Source of the DNA: Myxococcota bacterium
GTDB lineage: Bacteria; Myxococcota_A; SURF-8; G963663525
Assembly (NCBI GenBank): GCA_963676915.2
Contig: CAXXVK010000060.1
Coordinates: 153,514-217,513 of the forward strand
Length of the DNA: 64,000 nucleotides
Reading direction: 5' to 3'
A program made the position numbers and the translations under genes. Below, piece after piece: positions 46,626 to 56,842 of this stretch. Every line of letters begins with the position of its first letter. The first letter of the stretch is position 1. Under the pieces are notes generated by a model. It was not told the DNA's origin. It made no database searches and was given only the letters and a program-made list of their open reading frames with translations.

Positions 46626-47768
46626 CTAAAACCCGAAAATGGCACCGAAAATTCCCAAGGGATTGTAGCTGCGCAACAAAAGCTGATCCCCGTGGCCGAT
46701 CATGGCGAATCCTGTGATCAAGCCAAGCACCGCCATTCCAATGAACAATCCTTTCAGCGCCGTAACGATGGTTTTGGATTTTTTCTCGGTCTCGCTTCCC
46801 GAAATCCGGGTACCGACGAAAGGATTGACCTTGAATCGCTTTCGCACGCCTTGTTTGCGTTCCTGCTGCTTTCGGTACTCGTCGAGCGTAAGTTCCATCG
46901 AGCCTTTTTGTTCTTCTTCCGGCTCGACTTCCACAAGCATCCGATAGGCATGGGGAATTGCAACGTGGGTCGCCTGGGGATCGTAGCCCTTTTCCTCGTC
47001 GTCCTGCGCTTTCGGTTTTTCCGGTTCTGTTTTTTTCGCGCCGACTTTGGACAGGGCTTCGTCGTCCATCGCCCGAAGATCCTTGGTGGCCGCCGTCAAT
47101 TCACCCCGTTCCTCGAAAGCAAAATCTCCGCCGAAAATGCTTCCGGCAGGTTCGGGTGCGTCTTCGGGGGGAGGTGGTTGGGAATGTGAAGCGACACGCA
47201 TCGAGGGGTCGGACCCGCTGGCGATTTCCTCGGCGAATTCGGAATACGCCGGTTGACTGGGTGATGAAGCCTCTCCCGGATTTTGAAAATCCTCCATAGG
47301 CATCTGAAGATCGAACGCGCTGGAACCGGTATCCGGCACCGGTAATTTCTGATCATCAATCGCATTCATATCGAGGCCGGTTCTGTTTTCGATGTCCAGC
47401 AACTGGCTGCCGGGCGTGAACTGGCTCATCATTTCTTCCTGGCTGATGGGTCCGGAAGATTCCTGCGGGGAGGCAAGATCGTAGTTTTCCGACGGATTAC
47501 CGGAGAACATCTGACCGCCACTGAATGAGTCTTGATTCGAGGTTTCAGGAGGAGGGAACGACGGAGACGAGTTTTGTTGCGAAAAATCGCCCAAGTCCTC
47601 GTCCGTAGCGAATTGCGAAGCCATGAAATCCGGTTCGGGCTCGGGTTCCGGCGGGTGAATCGTGAAAATGTTGCTGCAACTCAAGCAGCGGACACGGCTT
47701 CCTTCCGGTTTTATTTTACTATCGTCGAAACGAAACCGACTTCCACAATTAGGACATTGGACTTTCAT
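46626..47768 (-). CDS. MJ0042-type zinc-ribbon protein with a low-complexity acidic/Pro-rich body and a C-terminal TM segment
   Basis: Starts at MKVQCPNCGSRFRFDD...RVRCLSCSNIF. The C-terminal hydrophobic helices are LKGLFIGMAVLGLITGFAMI. Confidence 0.7.
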   Translation of the reverse strand: MKVQCPNCGSRFRFDDSKIKPEGSRVRCLSCSNIFTIHPPEPEPEPDFMASQFATDEDLGDFSQQNSSPSFPPPETSNQDSFSGGQMFSGNPSENYDLASPQESSGPISQEEMMSQFTPGSQLLDIENRTGLDMNAIDDQKLPVPDTGSSAFDLQMPMEDFQNPGEASSPSQPAYSEFAEEIASGSDPSMRVASHSQPPPPEDAPEPAGSIFGGDFAFEERGELTAATKDLRAMDDEALSKVGAKKTEPEKPKAQDDEEKGYDPQATHVAIPHAYRMLVEVEPEEEQKGSMELTLDEYRKQQERKQGVRKRFKVNPFVGTRISGSETEKKSKTIVTALKGLFIGMAVLGLITGFAMIGHGDQLLLRSYNPLGIFGAIFGF

Positions 47769-48144
47769 GGAATCCCTTCGACCTTTCACGCACATCAAAT
47801 ACAACTATGCGAAAAACATCTCTTTTTACAATGATTTTACCCCGGAGTCAAGGTGGTCGGGTGTTTCGGAACCTCGTCACGAGGCGAAATTTCGAAAGAT
47901 TACCGCTTGTTGGAGTGATGAATCAGGTGAAGAACCACCCAAAAAACGTAAGAATCCTCACTCGTCGCAGCAAAACGAGCGAGTTTGTTACTGCTCCTCT
48001 TACAGTTCCTTTCCTCCATGAAAGTCATGAAATTTGGTGTAAGAGAAGACTTGCGCTATACTTTGTCCGACGGGTTAATAAATTTTCAAATCATAACGTC
48101 CACTTGGTTGTGAATAGTAATCGTTTACGGGGGACGCAGATTTC

Positions 48145-48675
48145 ATGAAAAGCAAGACCAAACTCTTCTTGTTGCTGGCAGTTGTTGGGTTGTCTTGGTA
48201 CAATTGGGATGATATTGACCAATGGATGGAGCAACGGGAAATCTCCGACTGGCAGTCGGAAGGCGATTTGAGAACCTCCTCCCGTATCAAACGCCACGCC
48301 TGGAAAACCTGGCTGAAACTGAAAAAAGCCATCGAAAACAAACATGCGGAAACGGCCATGATAGACCGTGACCGATTGCTGATGGATGCCAGCATCGCGG
48401 AAGCGGCGCTGATGTACGACAACGAAGTCGCAAAAGACGAGTATGAGAAGATAAAAGATCAGGAATTTTCCGTCCGGCAGTCTGCCAAAATTCTTCGGGT
48501 GAAAGTTTCGGTGATCAATGAAGCGATCGACGATGGGAAACTGAAAGCTTCGTACAAAAAACGGACTTATCGAGTCAACCGAATCGACCTTGCCCGCTTT
48601 TGGAACAATATCGTCATCGAAGGGGAAGCGGACAAATATCCGGATGATCTTTCCACCGCGATTTTACAGCAATAA
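48145..48675 (+). CDS. N-terminally anchored protein with an excisionase/MerR-type HTH (HTH_17-like) at the C-terminus
   Basis: Signal anchor KLFLLLAVVGLSW. The C-terminal FSVRQSAKILRVKVSVINEAIDDGKLKASYKKRTYRVNRIDLARFW resembles excisionase-type HTH domains. Confidence 0.55.
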   Translation: MKSKTKLFLLLAVVGLSWYNWDDIDQWMEQREISDWQSEGDLRTSSRIKRHAWKTWLKLKKAIENKHAETAMIDRDRLLMDASIAEAALMYDNEVAKDEYEKIKDQEFSVRQSAKILRVKVSVINEAIDDGKLKASYKKRTYRVNRIDLARFWNNIVIEGEADKYPDDLSTAILQQ

Positions 48676-49134
48676 CATTTCAGGGTCTGCACTTGCCTTG
48701 ACCGCAGTCGGTCGAATAGTGGAAAACTTGAGTCTTCTCCAGTATTTTTTCGAGATAGACCATTGGATGATCGTCTTCCTGCATTATCCGATTTCCCATT
48801 TAAAGATAAAATATATGAATGAATGTATCTTTTGTGAAATGATTGTGGAAAAGAAAAATACCCAGTTAAAAAAGTAAACAAAGTAGCACTAACTTTCTTA
48901 TTTTATTAGGTTTTTTGCCTTTATTTCACTGTTGAAAACCCACTTTCAACGCATTTTGGAAAAATCTTTCCACATTTTTTCCACAGGGTTACATTCCCAC
49001 AACTGATTGATCTCTTTTCGAAAATGGCAATAGCTGTCTAAATTTTTTTGCAAATACACACGAAAAATAAATAAGGCTTCTTTGGGGAATTTCCCTATGG
49101 TGAATTTTGGGGAAAACACGTTTTCTGGATAGAT

Positions 49135-49315
49135 ATAGCCGGTATGATTTGGTTCCAGCGATAGAGAATCCTGGAAACGAAGGGTGACACGGTCCAAGCG
49201 ACGTGAAACGTCAGCTTGCCCGTGGTCGAACGATGATCGTGGGCAACCTGCGGTTCACCCATGCCACCCACAACGAAAAGGGTAAGGAGCGCTAAAGGCA
49301 AAGTATAACGGCTAT
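49135..49315 (+). ncRNA. Structured RNA element, copy B (conserved core 49176-49270)
   Basis: The core matches copy A. It is enclosed by the helix ATAGCCGGTAT (49135-49145) / ATAACGGCTAT (49305-49315), 10 of 11 bp. Confidence 0.45.
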
Positions 49316-49365
49316 GGCACTGTCGAAACTCATCCGAACACCGGATATTTCATAAAAATCGTCGC

Positions 49366-49548
49366 TAGCCCGGATAATTCATGAGAAATCGTCACGAGAC
49401 GCCGAAAACCGACGATCTTTCACGGAGTCAGGGCGGTTTTCACCTGCAGTCAAACGGAACAATCTGTCGAGGATGAAAACCGGGAAACCGTTGAAATATC
49501 AATAGTTTTTAAGTCATAGCAGGTGTTTTATGGTTTTTTCTGGGTTGC
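49366..49548. mobile_element. MITE copy 3, a diverged/decayed member (left flank CTAG)
   Basis: The left TIR CCCGGATAATTCATGAG is intact. Internal blocks CGAGACGCCGAAAACCGA, GGGAAAC and AAGTC-TAG-AG are conserved. The right TIR has degenerated to ...TTTATGGTTTTTTCTGGG. Confidence 0.55.
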
Positions 49549-49568
49549 AGCACTTTTGGGGCTGACGT

Positions 49569-50669
49569 TCAGGCGACTCCGGCTTCCTGGGTCGAAGGAG
49601 TTTCTTTGCAGAGAATCAGCACTTTGGGCCAGATTTTCTCCAGTGGCAGGACGTGATCGACACCGCCGTGCTTGATGGCTTCATTCGGCATTCCGAAGAC
49701 CACGCAGCTTTTTTCATCCTGAGCGACGTTTTTGGCACCGGCATCGTGCATTTCCTTCATGCCCTGTGCGCCGTCGTCGCCCATGCCCGTCATAATGACG
49801 CCTACGGCATTCGATCCGGCATAACGGGAGGCCGAACGAAACAGCACATCGACCGAGGGCCGGTGACGGCTGACCAACGGACCCTCGCGCACTTCCACGT
49901 AATATCGCGCACCACTGCGCTTGAGCAGCGTATGTTTGTTGCCCGGAGCGATCAACACGCGGCCCGGAACGACCGAATCGTTGTTGGCCGCTTCTTTGAC
50001 GTTGACCCGGCAGATGCTGTTGAGCCGTTCCGCGAACGACGTCGTGAATTTTTCAGGCATGTGCTGGACGATCACCGTGCCGGGAGCATCCACCGGCAGG
50101 GCTTCGAGGTAGACTCGCAAGGCTTCGGTGCCTCCGGTGGAGGCTCCGATCACCACCACTTTTTCCGTGGTTTGGATCAAAGCGCGACTGTTGGCCTTGG
50201 ATAGTACGGCGTCTGCCGAAAGCTTTTTCTCGGCACGCAACTGCACCGTAGGAAGAGGTTTGGGGCTGGTCATCGCGGCGGCTTTTACGGCATCGCAGAT
50301 CAGCATCCGGGACTCCTCGATAAACTTTCCTACACCAAGTTTCGGTTTGGTGATGATATCGACCGCTCCCAGTTCCAGGGCTTTGATGGCGGTCGCCGCC
50401 CCTTTTTCAGTCAGGCTGGAGCACATCACGACCGGGATGGGATGCTGGTGCATCAGTTTCTTGAGAAAGGTCAAGCCGTCCATGCGAGGCATTTCGACGT
50501 CCAGCGTGATGACGTCGGGAACTTCCCTTCGCAATCTCTGCGCTGCAATGTAGGGATCTTGTGCGGTTGCCATGACTTCGATCCGGGGGTCGCTTTCCAA
50601 AACGGCGGTCATCGCTTGTCGTACCACCGCCGAATCGTCGATTACCAGCACTTTGATTTTATCGGGCAT
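49569..50669 (-). CDS. cheB: Chemotaxis protein-glutamate methylesterase/glutaminase CheB
   Basis: Receiver [11 protein letters not shown]...DVEMPRMDG and a methylesterase domain (GASTGG, HMP..FT..FA.RL, GMGDDGA). Confidence 0.93.
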   Translation of the reverse strand: MPDKIKVLVIDDSAVVRQAMTAVLESDPRIEVMATAQDPYIAAQRLRREVPDVITLDVEMPRMDGLTFLKKLMHQHPIPVVMCSSLTEKGAATAIKALELGAVDIITKPKLGVGKFIEESRMLICDAVKAAAMTSPKPLPTVQLRAEKKLSADAVLSKANSRALIQTTEKVVVIGASTGGTEALRVYLEALPVDAPGTVIVQHMPEKFTTSFAERLNSICRVNVKEAANNDSVVPGRVLIAPGNKHTLLKRSGARYYVEVREGPLVSRHRPSVDVLFRSASRYAGSNAVGVIMTGMGDDGAQGMKEMHDAGAKNVAQDEKSCVVFGMPNEAIKHGGVDHVLPLEKIWPKVLILCKETPSTQEAGVA

Positions 50670-50697
50670 GGGACTTTCTCACGTTCCAAGGAGTTGA

Positions 50698-51567
50698 TTA
50701 TAAAGGCTTTCTGTAGACCGTCGGCGCAACCGTTTTGAAATCGCTGCTGACATTCGAAAGGGACTCCGAGTGCCCGAGGAAAAGGTATCCGCCCGGCTGA
50801 AGCTGATTGTAAAACTTGCGAATCAGCTGCCGTTTCGTTTCGAGATTGAAGTAAATGATCACGTTTCGGCAGAAAATGACGTGCATTTTCTTTTTGATCC
50901 CGAACGAATGATCCATCAGGTTCAGTTGCCCGAAAGTAACCTTGGAGCGAATCTCGGGAAGTACTCTGTAGTATCCTTTGTAGTCCCCTTTACCGGCCAT
51001 CAGATATTTGTAGCGATAGTTCGCGGGAATTTGCTGCACGAGATTTTTTGAATAAATGGCCCGTGTGGCCGCTTGCAAGACTTCCATCGATATATCCGTG
51101 GCGAGAATCGAGTATTCCGATTTCAGCCGAAGCAGGTGATCGTTCAGAACCATCGAGAGGGTATAAGGCTCTTCTCCCGTCGAGCACCCCGCGCTCCAGA
51201 AACGCAAACTGTCGTACGGTCGCCAAACGCCTTCTTTTTCCAGTGCGGGAAGCACCTGTTCAACAAGAATCCGAAAGTGGTCGTGTTCCCGGAAAAATTC
51301 CGTTTTGTTGGTCGTGATGGCGTCGATCAGCGATCCCAATTCTTGCTCGAATCCCTCTTTGTCCTGCAACAATAGGTAATATTCGTTGAAAGACTTCAGC
51401 CGTAACCGGCGCAAACGTTTGATGATTCGCGAGGCCACCATGGTCTTTTTGCCATCGGCCAGATGAATGCCTGTATGTTCGAAGATTACTTCGCGAAACT
51501 GCCTGAAAAGGCGATCCGACATCGGCGGGATTCGAAACGATCCCGAATCTTCCGTAGTTCCAACCAT
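50698..51567 (-). CDS. cheR: Chemotaxis protein methyltransferase CheR
   Basis: N-terminal helical domain (F.QFREVIFEHTGI...) and a SAM-methyltransferase domain (FWSAGCSTGEEPYTL, IFCRNVIIYF). Confidence 0.92.
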   Translation of the reverse strand: MVGTTEDSGSFRIPPMSDRLFRQFREVIFEHTGIHLADGKKTMVASRIIKRLRRLRLKSFNEYYLLLQDKEGFEQELGSLIDAITTNKTEFFREHDHFRILVEQVLPALEKEGVWRPYDSLRFWSAGCSTGEEPYTLSMVLNDHLLRLKSEYSILATDISMEVLQAATRAIYSKNLVQQIPANYRYKYLMAGKGDYKGYYRVLPEIRSKVTFGQLNLMDHSFGIKKKMHVIFCRNVIIYFNLETKRQLIRKFYNQLQPGGYLFLGHSESLSNVSSDFKTVAPTVYRKPL

Positions 51568-51667
51568 GGCTCGATCCTTTTTTTGCGGTCATTCAAGAAC
51601 CGCCGAATCCTTCAAACGACTCGGAGCTTTTCCGTCGTCCGGTTTTTCGGCGTGGACTCTCTTCCGG

Positions 51668-52210
51668 TCATGCCGGCGGCTGCTGCTCCGTGGAGGTCGT
51701 TTCGACCTCTTCCGTTACGAGATCCGCCGACTGTTCGAGGACTTCCAGCTCTTCCAGCGACAGAACCTTGTCGATGTCGAGGATGATCACGAAGCCGCTT
51801 TCACGCTTGCCCATTCCTTTGATGAACTCGGTTTTCAGCTTGGAACCCAGCTTCGGGGGAGGACCGATCAGGCTTTGATCGATATCCACCACTTCGCTGA
51901 CCGAATCCGCCAGAGCACCCACTTGCAGGCTGTCGCCGTTGATGTTGAGTTCGACGATCACGATGCAGGTGTCCGAGGTGCGTTGAATCGCGTCCATCCC
52001 GAGATTCTGCCGCAGATCGATCACCGGGACGACATTGCCGCGCAGGTTGATCACACCGCGTAAAAAGTCGGGCGTACGGGGAACCTTGGTAATGTGCGTG
52101 AAATCGAGCACTTCACGAACTTTTGAGATTTCCAGGGCGAAGTCTTCCTCGCCCAGACGAAAAGTCAGGAATTGATTGACCAGGTTCGTGGAATCGTTTT
52201 GGATTTCCAT
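51668..52210 (-). CDS. cheW: Chemotaxis coupling protein CheW
   Basis: QFLTFRLGEEDFALEI..VREV......VP..P.F..GVINLRG.VVPVIDLR. The ATG at 52210 is preceded by GGAGG; 52222 is an alternative start. Confidence 0.9.
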   Translation of the reverse strand: MEIQNDSTNLVNQFLTFRLGEEDFALEISKVREVLDFTHITKVPRTPDFLRGVINLRGNVVPVIDLRQNLGMDAIQRTSDTCIVIVELNINGDSLQVGALADSVSEVVDIDQSLIGPPPKLGSKLKTEFIKGMGKRESGFVIILDIDKVLSLEELEVLEQSADLVTEEVETTSTEQQPPA

Positions 52211-52237
52211 TTTTTCCTCCATTGACGTTGAAAAGGG

Positions 52238-54283
52238 TCAATATCGTTCGAAATTATCGTCCGAAACATCCGGATCGGTTTCGAGATGAAGTTGTATGCC
52301 TTTGCCTTTGTTTTGGCCGTTTGCCTTGTTTGATGCGTAGGTTTTGTGCTCAATATGAGCGACTTTCTTTGGTTGTCGCTGCTTCGGGTTCTCATCGTCG
52401 TAATAAAGATGGTGATGGTCCAACTTGAAGAAAGCCACCTGCTCGTTCATGCTGATCGCCTGGCTCGATAATTCTTCACTGGTGGCGGCCATTTCTTCGG
52501 TGGCGGAAGCGTTTTGTTGGATCACCTGGTCGAGTTGATGAATCGCTTTCGTCACCTGCTCGATACCATTGGCCTGTTCGTTACTACTTGCGTTGATTTC
52601 CTTCACGAGGTCTGAGGTTTTCTGGATCACCGGCACGATTTCGCCGAGCAGGGCACCGGCTTTTTCGGAGATCTCTACACTGGACACCGACAACTCGCCG
52701 ATTTCCTTGGCGGCGCTTTGGCTGCGTTCAGCCAGCTTGCGGACCTCGGCGGCTACCACGGCAAATCCCTTGCCATGCTCTCCGGCGCGGGCGGCTTCGA
52801 TGGCGGCGTTCAACGCCAGCATGTTGGTCTGTCGGGCGATCTCTTCGATAATGTTGATCTTCTCGGCGATACTTTTCATGGCATTGACGGTTTGAGACAC
52901 CGCCGCACCACCTTCTTCGGCATCCTCAGCCGCCTTCTGGGCAATAGAAGCCGTTTGCTGGGCGTTATCGGCATTTTGCTTGACTGTGGAACTCATTTGT
53001 TCCATCGAACTGGAGACTTCCTCGACGTTCGATGCCTGTTCGGAAGCACCTTGGGCCATCTGTTGTGAAGAAGAATTGACCTGTTCGGAGCCGACTGAAA
53101 CCTGTCCTGCTGCGTTTTGAACCTCGGTGACCACTCTTGTCAGGTTGCCTACCATGACCTTTAAGGAGTTGGCGAGATCTCCGATTTCGTCGCGCTTGTC
53201 GATATCGATTTTGACCTTCAGGTCACCGTTGGCGATTCTATCGGCAATTTGCGATAAGCTGTTGATAGGACGGGAAAATCCACGAGCCGCGAACAGTGCA
53301 AAACCGGTAATCAACAACGATATCACGACCAGCAATAAAATGACGTCGTTGCGCATGGCATACAGCGGAGCCAGCGCTTCGGCCTCGTCGATCTCCGAAA
53401 GAATCACCCAGTCCACGCCTTTGATATCGACTTTGGTAAAAGCTCCATACACCGGAATCCCCCTGTAATCGGGATACAACTCGGTGTCACTGAAACCTTT
53501 CATCGCTTTTTCGACGCCGGCGGTCTGGATTTTCTTCTTCAAGATGGTGCTGTCCTGTTCGAAACGACTATCCGAGCGCATCTTGTAGTCCGCGCCCACA
53601 AGATAGGTTTCTCCCGACTCTCCCATTCCTGTTTTTTCCTGCATGATTTCGTTGATTGCACCGATCGGCATTTGTAAGGCAACCGCGCCAAGAACTCTGT
53701 CATTTTTCAGAATGGGAGCAGCGATAAACGATGCAGCCACACCGTTGCTTGGAGCGTAGGATTCGAAATCCGTCAGTAGGATTTCACCGGACATGGCATT
53801 TTTAAATGTCTTGGCCAATCCACTGCCACGATACTGACCTTTTAACAGGTTGCTCGCAAAATCGGCCTCGTGCTCGACCGTAAACACCACATCGCCTTCG
53901 GCAGTGATCAGAAACAGGTCATAGTACCCGTATTCTTTCTCGTAATGAGAGAGCAGGTCTTTAAAGGTGGTATCGGCTTTTTGATACAGTTCCCCTTCAA
54001 CTCCACCGTTTTTGAAAGCATGTTCATACGTTTGTAGGGCTTCGGAAATATCGTGAAATGCAGCAAGTACGGTAACGTCGCCGTAGCGTTCTTCAAACCA
54101 GCTTTCGATTTGATGCCTTTTGATTGTCATAATCGCTTCGAGCTTGCTTTTAACATCGTCATCGATGGTCTTGCTTGTTTGCAGGTAGTTCGAGGTAGAC
54201 GCCAACAGCATCGGGATCAATCCGACCAGTAGGAACATCAGGATCAGTTTCGGGCCGATCTTCAAATTGCGAATGAGATTCAT
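52238..54283 (-). CDS. Methyl-accepting chemotaxis protein 1 (Cache-type periplasmic sensor, HAMP, MA domain)
   Basis: Two TM helices flank a ~290-aa Cache-like domain. A HAMP domain follows, then the signalling-domain hairpin core [41 protein letters not shown]. Confidence 0.93.
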   Translation of the reverse strand: MNLIRNLKIGPKLILMFLLVGLIPMLLASTSNYLQTSKTIDDDVKSKLEAIMTIKRHQIESWFEERYGDVTVLAAFHDISEALQTYEHAFKNGGVEGELYQKADTTFKDLLSHYEKEYGYYDLFLITAEGDVVFTVEHEADFASNLLKGQYRGSGLAKTFKNAMSGEILLTDFESYAPSNGVAASFIAAPILKNDRVLGAVALQMPIGAINEIMQEKTGMGESGETYLVGADYKMRSDSRFEQDSTILKKKIQTAGVEKAMKGFSDTELYPDYRGIPVYGAFTKVDIKGVDWVILSEIDEAEALAPLYAMRNDVILLLVVISLLITGFALFAARGFSRPINSLSQIADRIANGDLKVKIDIDKRDEIGDLANSLKVMVGNLTRVVTEVQNAAGQVSVGSEQVNSSSQQMAQGASEQASNVEEVSSSMEQMSSTVKQNADNAQQTASIAQKAAEDAEEGGAAVSQTVNAMKSIAEKINIIEEIARQTNMLALNAAIEAARAGEHGKGFAVVAAEVRKLAERSQSAAKEIGELSVSSVEISEKAGALLGEIVPVIQKTSDLVKEINASSNEQANGIEQVTKAIHQLDQVIQQNASATEEMAATSEELSSQAISMNEQVAFFKLDHHHLYYDDENPKQRQPKKVAHIEHKTYASNKANGQNKGKGIQLHLETDPDVSDDNFERY

Positions 54284-54420
54284 GGTTTTTTCTCCTTTTG
54301 TGTTTTCAGGCTGTTGAAGAACGCCATAACCTCTGATGTCAAAAAATCGCTACTGACGCTAACGTTCCACCTTCCCCTATTTTGTTCGCGGACCGCCCCT
54401 TGACGGTCCGCTCCCTTCCA

Positions 54421-56526
54421 TCACATCCTTTCGAAATCATGATCCGAAATGTCCGGATCGTTCGAGAAGTCCAGGTTCAAGCCCTGGGTTTTTCTATTGC
54501 CATTGCTTTTTCGAGCAACCGATTCGATCTTTTTCGTGGGTTTGATCACGGAGTCGCTCATTTGCATGGAGTGAGATCCCAGACCCAGCTTGAAGAACGA
54601 AACCTGATCGTTCATGTTGACCGCCTGCCCGGAGAGTTCCTCGCTGGTGGCGGCCATTTCTTCGGTGGCGGAAGCATTTTGCTGGATCACCTGATCGAGT
54701 TGATGAATGGCCTGCGTTACCTGCTCGATGCCGTTGGCCTGTTCGTTGCTGCTGGCATTGATTTCGCGCACCAGATCGGAGGTTTTCTGGATCACGGGCA
54801 CGATTTCACTGAGTAAAGCCCCTGCCTTTTCGGAAATTTCCACGCTGGAGACCGATAACTCGCCGATTTCCTTGGCGGCGCTCTGGCTGCGTTCAGCCAG
54901 CTTGCGGACCTCGGCGGCTACCACGGCAAACCCTTTTCCGTGTTCTCCGGCGCGGGCGGCTTCGATGGCGGCATTTAGCGCCAGCATATTGGTTTGTCGA
55001 GCGATCTCTTCGATGATGTTGATTTTCTCGGCGATGCTCTTCATGGCATCGACGGTCTGTGTCACCGCCGCTCCACCTTCTTCGGCATCCTCGGCGGCTT
55101 TCGAAGCGATGGAAGCGGTTTGCTGAGCGTTATCGGCATTTTGCTTGACCGTCGCACTCATTTCCTCCATCGAGCTGGTGACTTCCTCCACGTTGGCGGC
55201 CTGCTCGGAGGCACCTTGCGCCATTTGCTGCGAGGACGAATTGACCTGCTCGGAACCGACGGCAACCTGGTTGGCGGCGTTTTGTACACCCGTGACGACT
55301 TTGGTCAGGTTTTCCACCATATCTTTGAGAGAAATCGACAGCCGGTCCGCCTCGGAACGAGGATTGATGGCGACCGTCAGATTGCCCTGGGCGACATCTT
55401 CGACGAGATCGGCCATGGCACGCTGGGCTTCCACCATGTCTCGGAATGAATCGGCCAACTCGCCGATTTCGTCTTTGCTGTTGACTGCGATGGTCAGATT
55501 CATATCGCCGACGGCCAGTTCCTTGGAGGCATGGACCATGGTGCTCAGCGGGTTGACGATCGCCCGGCTGATGCGGAACGATAGGAAAACCCCGACAATC
55601 AACGCCACCAACGCGGCGACGAGGCTGATTGTGATGGACCGCTCGTTTTCACTCAGCATCTGAGGGCCAAGAATATCTTGCTGGTTTTTGTTGGCAAGTT
55701 TGACTTCTTCGGCCAGCGAAGCCATTTTCGGACCCAAGGTGTCCATGGTATAGGCCACGATCTTATTGCGGTCGAAAATGGTTTTTGCCAATGCAGTAAA
55801 GGCCGCTTCGTATTTTTCTTTATCTTTCATCACACTAGCCAGGTGCTCCCGGCGGTCGCGGTTTTGCAACTCGTCGTCCAATACTTTCAGGTACTTATGG
55901 AATTCACTCAGCTCTTTTTCCACCCGTGTAACGTGGCTTTGCTCGTTGTTTTCGAGGAACTTGATGACGTACAGCCGAGCCAACAACAGGTTTCGCAGTC
56001 CGAGACTGGCGTTGTATGCTGCCAGCATATCGTTGTCCCGTTTTGCCGTGGTGATGATGTCGGTCAGGTTCCGTTCCATTTTCGGACCGGCGACGTTCAG
56101 CACCTCTTCCTCCAGCTGGCGACGCTTTTCTTGTTTCTCCACGACCTGATGAAAAGCATTGTCGTACGTTTTGGAATCTCCCTGCATGGTCAACAGTTTG
56201 TTCTTTCGTTCCCCTTCTTTTTGTTCTTCGAGAGCGGTGGCCACGAAATTCTCTACTTGGCTCCAACGTTCCTCGTATTTTTGCTTTGCTTCGTCGGTTC
56301 CGGTGATGAGGAAGTTTTTCACCTCCATCCGTGCTTCGAGAAGGTTGGCTTGAATCCTCCCCATCAGGTTCGTACTGCGGGCGACACCTCGATAGGTTGT
56401 GAATCCGGTACACGCATTGGACAACGAGAAACTACCCACGGCGGCGATGATGATCAGCAGCCCGATCACGATGCCGAAACCGGTACGGATTTTCGATGCA
56501 ACAGACATGTTGTTGAAATTGAACAT
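54421..56526 (-). CDS. Methyl-accepting chemotaxis protein 2 (helical-bundle sensor, HAMP x2, MA domain)
   Basis: All-helical periplasmic domain between two TM helices, with the same signalling core as MCP1. Confidence 0.93.
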   Translation of the reverse strand: MFNFNNMSVASKIRTGFGIVIGLLIIIAAVGSFSLSNACTGFTTYRGVARSTNLMGRIQANLLEARMEVKNFLITGTDEAKQKYEERWSQVENFVATALEEQKEGERKNKLLTMQGDSKTYDNAFHQVVEKQEKRRQLEEEVLNVAGPKMERNLTDIITTAKRDNDMLAAYNASLGLRNLLLARLYVIKFLENNEQSHVTRVEKELSEFHKYLKVLDDELQNRDRREHLASVMKDKEKYEAAFTALAKTIFDRNKIVAYTMDTLGPKMASLAEEVKLANKNQQDILGPQMLSENERSITISLVAALVALIVGVFLSFRISRAIVNPLSTMVHASKELAVGDMNLTIAVNSKDEIGELADSFRDMVEAQRAMADLVEDVAQGNLTVAINPRSEADRLSISLKDMVENLTKVVTGVQNAANQVAVGSEQVNSSSQQMAQGASEQAANVEEVTSSMEEMSATVKQNADNAQQTASIASKAAEDAEEGGAAVTQTVDAMKSIAEKINIIEEIARQTNMLALNAAIEAARAGEHGKGFAVVAAEVRKLAERSQSAAKEIGELSVSSVEISEKAGALLSEIVPVIQKTSDLVREINASSNEQANGIEQVTQAIHQLDQVIQQNASATEEMAATSEELSGQAVNMNDQVSFFKLGLGSHSMQMSDSVIKPTKKIESVARKSNGNRKTQGLNLDFSNDPDISDHDFERM

Positions 56527-56842
56527 GATTTTTACCTTTCTGCTAAAATTGCGGTGAAGTAGCGGAAGGGACTTTCTGTTGCATGAAAATCTTGGGAGTT
56601 TATTCTTAGAACATCCCTGTCCTTTAAAGAATGCGTTGACTTTTCAACCGTTTTGTTCCCCCCAAATGTCTCGGACTCTCAGTGCTTCTATCCTTGAAGC
56701 GTCGTGCGTCTCCTTTCCTGGTTTTGACCTTCGAAATTTTCCAAATTCCGTTCACTGTTGTTGAATGCATTGGTGTTGATTTCCGCATGTTGTTTCTGTG
56801 ATGTCGTTTCGTGAACCGCCCTTAAAGGGCGGTTCGTATGTC

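Noticed and set aside
48815-48877. A 20-codon ORF, MNECIFCEMIVEKKNTQLKK, that resembles the N-terminus of HIT-family proteins (CIFC.I motif). It could be a gene remnant.
   Set aside because: It is too short to support. No continuation of a HIT domain is visible in any frame downstream, so the match may be fortuitous in AT-rich sequence.
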